Of a stretch of DNA of 45,423 nt, positions 14,253 to 21,112 are shown one piece after another. Position 1 is the stretch's first letter. Each line of letters opens with the position of its first letter. The DNA is from a virus, in IMG/VR virus record IMGVR_UViG_3300033273_000525, positions 1-45,423 of that record. One strand, 5' to 3'. The notes beneath the pieces were generated by a model, which saw only the letters and a list, made by a program, of their open reading frames with translations, ran no database searches and was not told where the DNA came from. A program made the translations under genes and the position numbers.

Positions 14253-14377
14253 AACACGCGGGTCAGAATTTCCAGCACAATTTGGATCACGCTGTTGCTG
14301 CGAAGGGGCGACAACGCGATGATTTCAGATGCAGCGGCAAGGCCGATTGCGATCATTGCGGTGGTGACGGGATCCAT
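14240..14377 (-). CDS. 45-aa single-pass membrane peptide (zero-frame product; holin-like position)
   Basis: MDPVTTAMIAIGLAAASEIIALSPLRSNSVIQIVLEILTRVFPKK. Ends CCA AAA AAG TAA. Below the track cutoff. Confidence 0.55.
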   Translation of the reverse strand: MDPVTTAMIAIGLAAASEIIALSPLRSNSVIQIVLEILTRVFPKK

Positions 14378-14413
14378 TGACAACAGAACCGATTACAAGC
14401 AGTCTAATGCTAC

Positions 14414-14659
14414 TTAGCGTTGCGATTCAAGTACTTTTAGGCGTGCGTTATGATCCACCATCATTTCTAAAACCATCTTGCGGTCAGTTTTCATTTCCTC
14501 GCGCATTTGACTTAGCTGCTTATTGATGTTCTCGGCTACTGTACTAAGTCTGACAATACTCTCTTTTGCTTTTGTATTCTTTTCTATGTTGGCTAGCCAG
14601 GCCGTACCACCTAATCCAAGGCTGGTAGCAACCAGTGCTGCTGCGATCTCGATTCTCAC
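14414..14659 (-). CDS. N-terminal TM plus coiled-coil protein (spanin/holin-like candidate)
   Basis: 81 aa with a GTG start. Hydrophobic IEIAAALVATSLGLGGTAWL followed by a charged helical region. Confidence 0.6.
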   Translation of the reverse strand: MRIEIAAALVATSLGLGGTAWLANIEKNTKAKESIVRLSTVAENINKQLSQMREEMKTDRKMVLEMMVDHNARLKVLESQR

Positions 14660-14690
14660 GGCAGCAGCTCAGCCAACTCTCATAAGCAGT

Positions 14691-14819
14691 TTACAGAAGC
14701 GGATCTTTTTTGCCCTCGAGTATTGCCACCGCACGTTTATAGAAGAAAGTGTCGGTACGGCCTTGTTGTTCCATAAGCTCTTTAATCTTTTTCCAGTTCT
14801 CGTATGTATGGCGGTCCAT
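14691..14819 (-). CDS. Small hypothetical protein (42 aa)
   Basis: The ATG shares an A with the upstream TGA (TGATG). MDRHTYENWKKIKELMEQQGRTDTFFYKRAVAILEGKKDPLL. Confidence 0.45.
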   Translation of the reverse strand: MDRHTYENWKKIKELMEQQGRTDTFFYKRAVAILEGKKDPLL

Positions 14820-14953
14820 CACTTCCCTTGCCCCCGGTACATCTTTTTATTGTGTCGGGGGCGAGAGGTGTTGCCTTGACCTTGCCGAGTCTTTTTAGGT
14901 TTACCTGACTTGAACTCAGTACGTGCCAGGCCGGTGCGTGATTTTACAGCCAT
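14819..14953 (-). CDS. Small very basic protein (44 aa)
   Basis: The ATG shares an A with the TGA of the 645-aa gene (TGATG). MAVKSRTGLARTEFKSGKPKKTRQGQGNTSRPRHNKKMYRGQGK. Confidence 0.4.
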   Translation of the reverse strand: MAVKSRTGLARTEFKSGKPKKTRQGQGNTSRPRHNKKMYRGQGK

Positions 14954-16890
14954 CAGAAGATGATTACGTTGCGACGTCTAGCACCAAACTTAAGTCTGAA
15001 ATTGCCTTTTTGCACTGAAAACACATACGCAGTGCTTGAAACAAAGTCGGCATCACTTCCCGTAAGTTCGAACGTTCCAAGAACAGGTACGAGTAGCGCT
15101 TGCTTGCGGAGTAGGTCGGGCTGACCTGTAACACCAAAACTGCCGATTCCTGCATCTAGGTTCCAAGTGCGGCGCAGACTGACGTCGTTGCCTGTGAACG
15201 TAAAGCTGCTGGTTTCTGCCGATAGCTCAATGCTGCCAACAGGTGCGTATGTAAGAGTTACATCGTTTCCGGTAAGTGCATACGACTGAGCTTCGCCACC
15301 TAGGACGCTGTCGACCTGGAGCGTTGCATTGTTGCCGGTGGCGCTAAGCGAACCAGCATTGGGCGAAAGTTTTTTGGTAACACGCAGCGTTGCTGCTTGT
15401 CCTGTGAGTGTGTAATTAGCTGTATTAGCGTTTAGTTTTTTGCTCCGCTGCGGAGTTATGTCGTTGCCGGTGACTGAAAAGCTGCCTGTGGTTGTAGGCA
15501 GAACTCGGTTGTTTAGGAAGCTGGTGTTCTGACCGGTTAGCGAGAACGATCCAGGGGTAGCTTCTAGCTTTTCTGACTCACGAAGCGTTGCGTTGTTGCC
15601 CGTCAGCGTAAAACTGCCGACGCTTGGGTTTATTTCGTATACGTTGATTTCCGTCAGAGAGACGGAGTTTCCGGTGACTGTGAAGGTGCCGGCTTCTGCA
15701 GACAGGCTCCACGTTCTAACGAACGTTACGTCTTGGCCCGTTTCAGTAAACGTTCCAGCGCCACCGCTTAAGAAATAGCTTTCAACAAGTACAGGGCTGC
15801 CACCCGTCAGTGTGAAACTTTCTGCTTCGACTGAGAGCGCAAACGTGCGTTTGAGTAAAACCTGCGCACCAGTTAGAGCAGTCGTTCCAGTGGAGGCACT
15901 GAGTACGTAGGCTTTTTTAGTTGTGGCTGTTTGGCCGGTTAGTGCAAAGCTGCCGGTTTCAGCATTGACAACTGAGGTTTTACTAAATGTTGCTTCGTTA
16001 CTGGTTGAAGCGAACGACCCTGTTGAGGTATTTAGGTTTCGTGTTTGAGTGAGTGTTGCGCTATTGCCGGTAGTGTTAAACGAACCAGCGCTAGTGCTGA
16101 GTTTGTACTCAACGCTAAATTCTGTACTACTACCTGTTAGTGCGTAGCTTTGGGCGTTAGCAGTAAGTTTTCTGTTTTTAAGAAGGTTGGCTGCTTGGCC
16201 TGTAAAGGTAAATGAGCCAGCTGTTGCTGCTAACTCGGCTGGAGGATCTGTTTCAATAACTGCTAAATAAACAGCAGCGCGGTCATCTGTAGTAGTTTGA
16301 TTAAAACCTACAGGTCGGTTGCCTTGCCCCGCAGTAGTTTCACGGACAAATGCTGCACCTCGACTACCAAAGTCAGCGTTTTGAAGGTAGGTGCTATTTG
16401 AGCCCCAGGCGGGTGGGGTGCTTCGACCTGTGTATGCAGCTGCATAACGTAGGGAGTTTGAGCCTGGGCTACCGTCGTCAACATTTAGTTCAGGAATGTT
16501 ACCATTTTGTCCAAGTGTTTTTACCCCAGTTACTGCTGTATCTTTTCCTGTTGCAGCGGTAAAAGTAGCAGCTACCGCATAACTTCGCCGGCCCGAAACA
16601 GTATTACGAGTAACCGAAATTGTTTGATTACCCGATGGAAGTCCAGAGCCAAGAAAATAAGTATCTACACGCCCAGTTTCACCACTTGTATCTTCTGCTG
16701 TTGCAGAAGAGATATTAGTTAATGAGGCTGAGCCGTAACTAACTCCTGTGACAAGACTGCCTGTTCCTCTCCAAGTAATAACAAAAACAAGCACACCTGC
16801 AGGTGTGCCACTATGCGTATGACTAAAAGTAAATGAAGTTTGATACGTATAGTTAGGACTTTCCGATGAGGAGGAATGAGCGATTGCCAT
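14953..16890 (-). CDS. Repeat-rich fibre/receptor-binding-like structural protein (645 aa)
   Basis: An N-terminal domain of about 215 aa is followed by about 18 degenerate repeats of 20-22 aa centred on G-S-F-x-L-T-G-x-x-A-x-L. Confidence 0.85.
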   Translation of the reverse strand: MAIAHSSSSESPNYTYQTSFTFSHTHSGTPAGVLVFVITWRGTGSLVTGVSYGSASLTNISSATAEDTSGETGRVDTYFLGSGLPSGNQTISVTRNTVSGRRSYAVAATFTAATGKDTAVTGVKTLGQNGNIPELNVDDGSPGSNSLRYAAAYTGRSTPPAWGSNSTYLQNADFGSRGAAFVRETTAGQGNRPVGFNQTTTDDRAAVYLAVIETDPPAELAATAGSFTFTGQAANLLKNRKLTANAQSYALTGSSTEFSVEYKLSTSAGSFNTTGNSATLTQTRNLNTSTGSFASTSNEATFSKTSVVNAETGSFALTGQTATTKKAYVLSASTGTTALTGAQVLLKRTFALSVEAESFTLTGGSPVLVESYFLSGGAGTFTETGQDVTFVRTWSLSAEAGTFTVTGNSVSLTEINVYEINPSVGSFTLTGNNATLRESEKLEATPGSFSLTGQNTSFLNNRVLPTTTGSFSVTGNDITPQRSKKLNANTANYTLTGQAATLRVTKKLSPNAGSLSATGNNATLQVDSVLGGEAQSYALTGNDVTLTYAPVGSIELSAETSSFTFTGNDVSLRRTWNLDAGIGSFGVTGQPDLLRKQALLVPVLGTFELTGSDADFVSSTAYVFSVQKGNFRLKFGARRRNVIIF

Positions 16891-16915
16891 TGTTAAACCT
16901 CCTCAGTCGTAAATA

Positions 16916-17320
16916 TCAGGCCAGGGTCAAAATGCCAGAAGCGTCGAAAGTGATGGTAAATGTCTCGCCGTTAAGCAAGTCAACAGCAGAACCATAGTCG
17001 TAGTAACCAATCAACTCGTCGTTAGTCGCCGTGTCGTTGTAAAGCACGACATAGCGGAAAGTCGGGACTGTACCAGATGCGGTCAGTACTAGGTCTGCGG
17101 CATCCAGCGTGTACGTACCACTGGTCTGCGATGAAGTCACTGAAGTCAGTACACGACTGGAAATGTTGCTGTATGCAATCTGCGTGATGTTCGCAAGAAC
17201 AGTGTTTCCAGCGGCTGGTGCGGTGTTCGTCAACGCAATAGTCAGTGTGTCAGACCCCAAGTCATGAACACCCTCAGCAAGGGCTTCCACGAAGGAGTTG
17301 AACTTGTTGAAGGTAGCCAC
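16916..17320 (-). CDS. Hypothetical structural protein (134 aa)
   Basis: GTG start. Lies in the fibre gene cluster. Composition is beta-rich. Confidence 0.75.
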   Translation of the reverse strand: MATFNKFNSFVEALAEGVHDLGSDTLTIALTNTAPAAGNTVLANITQIAYSNISSRVLTSVTSSQTSGTYTLDAADLVLTASGTVPTFRYVVLYNDTATNDELIGYYDYGSAVDLLNGETFTITFDASGILTLA

Positions 17321-17358
17321 AGGAATTTAGGGTCTAACTTTTACTACCAATGCTAACT

Positions 17359-18039
17359 CTAGAACGCGACACTAACGTTGAATTCATCCACCGTTCCAGT
17401 GACGGTTGTTATGTCCAGCCAAACCCATGAGCCTGTCGGCACCGGTTGGTTTTGGATTGTCGCAACGTCTCCGTTAGTGGTGTTTGTCACGGTGTCTGTC
17501 ACGATCGCCAACGTTCCAGTGGCAGTTCGATCTGTCGCGTAGCGGATCTCGTAGGTGACGCTTCCGCCTGAAACTAAGGCGGTGACATCAGTGAGGGTTG
17601 TTTCGCGGGTTGTTTTGAACAGCGTGAAGCTGTCTCCTGTTACTGGTTCGGCAATGGTTGCGCTGCGGGCTGCTGAGGCGTTGGCCGGGGCTTTGTTTTC
17701 CCAACGTTGCAAGTCATCGTTCCAGGTGAGGACATCGCCGTCTTCTTCGTCGGCACCTTGTACGTCGTCTAGATCGTATAGCTCGTCAACACCGTTAACG
17801 CCGGCAATTTTGACGGTGACGACGGCAACTGTGTTGGTTGTGATGCTTACAGAGGCAACCTCGTTGCTTTCGTCAACGACAACTTTGTTTTCGGTGACAG
17901 GAATGCTTACAGAAGTGACGTCACCACTTTCATCAACAACAACTTTGTTTTTGGTGACGGGGACGCTTACAGAAGCAGCTCCACCACTTTCGTTGACGAC
18001 AACTTTGTTTTTAGTGGCAGGGATGCTTACGGAGGTCAT
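17359..18039 (-). CDS. Structural protein with N-terminal 20-aa tandem repeats (226 aa)
   Basis: Repeats SVS(I/V)P(A/V)T(K/E)NKVVV(N/D)ES(G/N). Stop/start overlaps with its neighbours. Confidence 0.8.
   Translation of the reverse strand: MTSVSIPATKNKVVVNESGGAASVSVPVTKNKVVVDESGDVTSVSIPVTENKVVVDESNEVASVSITTNTVAVVTVKIAGVNGVDELYDLDDVQGADEEDGDVLTWNDDLQRWENKAPANASAARSATIAEPVTGDSFTLFKTTRETTLTDVTALVSGGSVTYEIRYATDRTATGTLAIVTDTVTNTTNGDVATIQNQPVPTGSWVWLDITTVTGTVDEFNVSVAF
17821..18039. repeat. 60-bp tandem repeat, about 3.6 copies, in frame within CDS 17359..18039
   Basis: Units starting at 17881, 17941 and 18001 (the last partial) share aactttgtttt.ggtgac.gg.a.gcttacagaag. A degenerate copy starts at 17821. 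Confidence 0.85.
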
Positions 18040-18374
18040 GCCGTGTAACCCTCAGAGACGAAAATAACGCCTTCTAAGTAGTACTCTTTGATGCCGGCGG
18101 TATCGGTTAGAAGCACGTCATAATATGCTTCATTAGGGAATGCTGTGGTCTGCTCGTCGGTAAGACTAATTTTGATTTGACCTGTTGAACGGTCGGTGTA
18201 AGTGACCGCGAAGTCAGCGTGTTTAGTGGTGCGATCTTTATTCCATGCTTGTGCGGCCGCCGTCCAACCTGTCAAATCAATCGCAGCATCATTGCTGTCC
18301 TTGAATTGAAGTGAAACGCTGTAATCAGCACGACGCTGCAGCGTGATGTTATACGTACCAGGTTGGACGGTCAT
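18036..18374 (-). CDS. Hypothetical structural protein (112 aa), Ig/beta-sandwich-like
   Basis: ATGA-type overlap with the downstream gene. Beta-rich sequence. Confidence 0.8.
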   Translation of the reverse strand: MTVQPGTYNITLQRRADYSVSLQFKDSNDAAIDLTGWTAAAQAWNKDRTTKHADFAVTYTDRSTGQIKISLTDEQTTAFPNEAYYDVLLTDTAGIKEYYLEGVIFVSEGYTA

Positions 18375-18414
18375 GGCTGCAACCCATTAAGCCAACTTTA
18401 GCGGGTCTACTTTG

Positions 18415-18897
18415 TTAGCTTTGAGGCTCCGTAGGCCAAGTAACGTCCCAGGGGAAGCCTGCCTGGTTCGTAACGTCGCGCAGTTCTTGGCGGTAACTTT
18501 GCCAAAGCAGGCCATCAACAGGTGTGTCGCCCAGTTGCGTCCAATCAGAAGCTGTCAGCAGTGCATTGCGCTTGCTACGCACTGCCTGCGCTTCTTGCTG
18601 CTCGATGGCGTTTTTAGTGGCTTCGGGCAAATTCACTACGGCCCACTGCTGGGTCCAAGTGCCGTCAATCAGCGCAGGTGTGCGTTCCTCAAGTTGTTCA
18701 GTTCTTGAGTTAAACGTTGGCTGGGCCGTAGATGTGACTTGGTGGATGCCGTAGCTTGTAAGGTCTTCGCTTTCCAGGGAAGACGGAAAGCTGGTATTCG
18801 GGTAGCGGCGCTTCACTTCGGCAATACCGATCGGGTAATCGGTGATCGCGCCATCCTCAACAAAAGCAAGAGCCATGGTTTTAGGGTTGTGAAACAA
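18415..18897 (-). CDS. Tail fibre assembly/chaperone-like protein
   Basis: C-terminal RSKRNALLTASDWTQLGDTPVDGLLWQSYRQELRDVTNQAGFPWDVTWP matches the common phage tail-fibre-assembly C-terminal motif. Confidence 0.7.
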   Translation of the reverse strand: MFHNPKTMALAFVEDGAITDYPIGIAEVKRRYPNTSFPSSLESEDLTSYGIHQVTSTAQPTFNSRTEQLEERTPALIDGTWTQQWAVVNLPEATKNAIEQQEAQAVRSKRNALLTASDWTQLGDTPVDGLLWQSYRQELRDVTNQAGFPWDVTWPTEPQS

Positions 18898-20230
18898 CGG
18901 TCAGCCCGCTAGGGCTAATAGTAGAAGATGTGACGGTGGAAGCTGCTGCTTCGGTGTACGACTCTGTTGTTCTTGAAGCTGTTGCAGTTGAAGCTGTGAA
19001 ACTTGTTGAAAATTCTGTAAGGTTGGTGGACTTATATTCATAAGTGCCTGTTGTGTGAGTTATATCTCCTGTTAGCGATCCGTCGTCTGGGAAGTACAGA
19101 TTTGGCGTGGTATTACCGGTTGTTGGGTAGTTAGTGCCGCTCATAGCGTTGGCGTTGAACATCCACAGATTACTATTAGTGTTGTCATGAAAAATTTTAA
19201 GACCTGTTTCATCACTAGTGCTATTGTTTTTGCGGCCAAAGTACCTAGACCATTGAATCCCTCCAGAACTATTCCACTTGGCTATCAAACAGTCGTATCT
19301 TCCTTCTACGTTACCTTCGTTACTGGCTCCGGTTGCATAGATATTGCCCGAACTGTCAACGTCAATAGACTTTATATTCCCAGCGGAAGTTGTGCCTAGG
19401 GCTCTTTGCCTAACAACCGTCAAAGACGTGTTAAACGTAAAAATAACAAATCCATTTTTGTTAAAATCAAATCCTTGGCCAATATAGACATTACTGCCAT
19501 TTACCTTTACATCAGCAAATGATGTGCCGGCGAGACTGTTAATAGTTTTTGCTGTGGCACCGCTACCAGAGCTGAACTGAATTGCGTAGGGGTATATGTT
19601 GCCGCTCACGTCATTAGTGCCAACAAATACAGGGAAAGATCCTGATGCATCAACAGCATATACTTTGTTGTGGCCAAAGCTGGGGCTTGACGACGCTCCA
19701 AAAGATTCTTGCGCTTGCAAAGTCCCGCTACTGTTCCATTTTGCATAGAAACATTTACTGGTGGTAGTGCTGGTCTCGTAGGTGTACCCGCCAACATACA
19801 CATCCCCAGAACTATCTATGTCCATAAAATTTCTTTCGCCACCAAGAATGCTATTACCAGTCGAGTTTCCTATTTGCCGTGCCCATTGTAAAGCTCCTGA
19901 ACTATTCAATTTAACAATCGCCATGTAATCTTTAGTTGTAAAAATGCTACCGCCAAGATAAAGATCACCTGAACTATTTACAACGCAGCAGGTAAGATAA
20001 AGGTAGCCTGTACTGGTGTTGAGTCGCCGCGCCCATAAAACAGTTCCTTGCTTGTCGTATTTAACTACATCTACATTTGCAGTGAAATCAAAGTAAGCGA
20101 CGTAAATGTTACCTGAGCTATCAACAGTAGACGCTGCTTGAGTAGTTACAGGATGAGTAAAGCTAAAGTATTCGCTTTCGGTTGCGCCAGCAGACGCACC
20201 AGAAAATAAACGGAAAGAAGTAGGATCCAT
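18881..20230 (-). CDS. Beta-propeller repeat (SBBP-like) structural protein, receptor-binding candidate
   Basis: Recurrent SSGN(I/L)YV / SSGD(L/V)Y(L/V)GG blades: DSSGNIYVAY, NSSGDLYLGG, DSSGDVYVGG, VSGNIYPYA, DSSGNIYATG. Confidence 0.8.
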   Translation of the reverse strand: MDPTSFRLFSGASAGATESEYFSFTHPVTTQAASTVDSSGNIYVAYFDFTANVDVVKYDKQGTVLWARRLNTSTGYLYLTCCVVNSSGDLYLGGSIFTTKDYMAIVKLNSSGALQWARQIGNSTGNSILGGERNFMDIDSSGDVYVGGYTYETSTTTSKCFYAKWNSSGTLQAQESFGASSSPSFGHNKVYAVDASGSFPVFVGTNDVSGNIYPYAIQFSSGSGATAKTINSLAGTSFADVKVNGSNVYIGQGFDFNKNGFVIFTFNTSLTVVRQRALGTTSAGNIKSIDVDSSGNIYATGASNEGNVEGRYDCLIAKWNSSGGIQWSRYFGRKNNSTSDETGLKIFHDNTNSNLWMFNANAMSGTNYPTTGNTTPNLYFPDDGSLTGDITHTTGTYEYKSTNLTEFSTSFTASTATASRTTESYTEAAASTVTSSTISPSGLTVVSQP

Positions 20231-20239
20231 TTCTATACC

Positions 20240-21064
20240 TCAATACTCAAGAATAGATGCGTACCAGTTCGACCCGCTGTCTTCGGTGACAAACATGAAC
20301 AAGTACGTTGTGCCTCCTGTTAGTGATGGGGCTGATCCGCCAGGCCAGTTAATACCTGAAAACCAGTTGACCGAACCAGCGCTGTACGTCATTTCGAGCG
20401 TAAAAGAAAATGCAACGCCGTTACTAGGAATGTTGGTTGGGTTGTAGTTGGTGGTTCCGCTAACGATATCGGTGAAATAATTTGAAAGGTCTAAGTTAAT
20501 CGTGCCGCCGGTAGTTACTCGATCTTGCGCATACGCACCATTGATGTGCAGAGTTTTTTCTGGGGAAAGTTCGCCGATGCCAACTTCACCTGCGCTGTTA
20601 ATGGCGACTCTCTCTGTGCCGTTGGTTACGATATTGACTTCGTTCGTCGCACCAGCAAATAAACCGTTCGACGTATCTCCTACACCAAGGGAAGGTGCTG
20701 CAGCTGTGCCCGCTGGCAAAATCAACGCACCAGTCATCGTGTCGCCGCTAAGCGCCACAAAAGAACCGCCGCCGCCAGTGGTTTGCCAAGCAGTCCCGTC
20801 GTAAATTTTTAGGTCGGCTCCACTGGTTGTGTCGAGCCAGATTTCGCCAACAGAGTTTCCGGTGTGACCGCCGACAGCAGGGCTGCTGTTAGGTGCAGAC
20901 GTGCCAATGTGAACCGGGCCTGCCTTAATCAGGTTGCCGCCTGCGTCTTTAAAAAAGAGGCCAGTGCTAGCAACGTTTGTATTAAGGGCAATTTGGCCGT
21001 CCGACATGTTGCCTGGAACGGGCCTTTTACTTGCCGTATTTGACCGTAAGTTCTGCAGCGCCAT
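20240..21064 (-). CDS. Tail fibre-like protein (274 aa)
   Basis: Gly/Thr/Ser-rich. Motifs GEIWLDT...LKIYDGTAWQ are typical of fibre N-terminal parts. Lies in the fibre cluster. Confidence 0.75.
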   Translation of the reverse strand: MALQNLRSNTASKRPVPGNMSDGQIALNTNVASTGLFFKDAGGNLIKAGPVHIGTSAPNSSPAVGGHTGNSVGEIWLDTTSGADLKIYDGTAWQTTGGGGSFVALSGDTMTGALILPAGTAAAPSLGVGDTSNGLFAGATNEVNIVTNGTERVAINSAGEVGIGELSPEKTLHINGAYAQDRVTTGGTINLDLSNYFTDIVSGTTNYNPTNIPSNGVAFSFTLEMTYSAGSVNWFSGINWPGGSAPSLTGGTTYLFMFVTEDSGSNWYASILEY

Positions 21065-21112
21065 TCCTTAACACCAGTTGCCTGGCCGGAAATTACCCTT
21101 GCATTCTAATGA

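Noticed and set aside
14178-14417. + strand 79-aa ORF in the gap upstream of the endolysin
   Set aside because: It is antisense to the 45-aa membrane ORF and its -1 frame continuation, which together explain the region better. It would also be a lone rightward ORF inside the leftward late block.
14970-18039. Possible CRISPR-like or non-coding repeat arrays (also 32340..32695)
   Set aside because: All periodic DNA here is in frame within long ORFs, with periods of 60, 96 and about 63 nt that are multiples of three. There is no repeat-spacer architecture, so these are protein repeats and not CRISPR.
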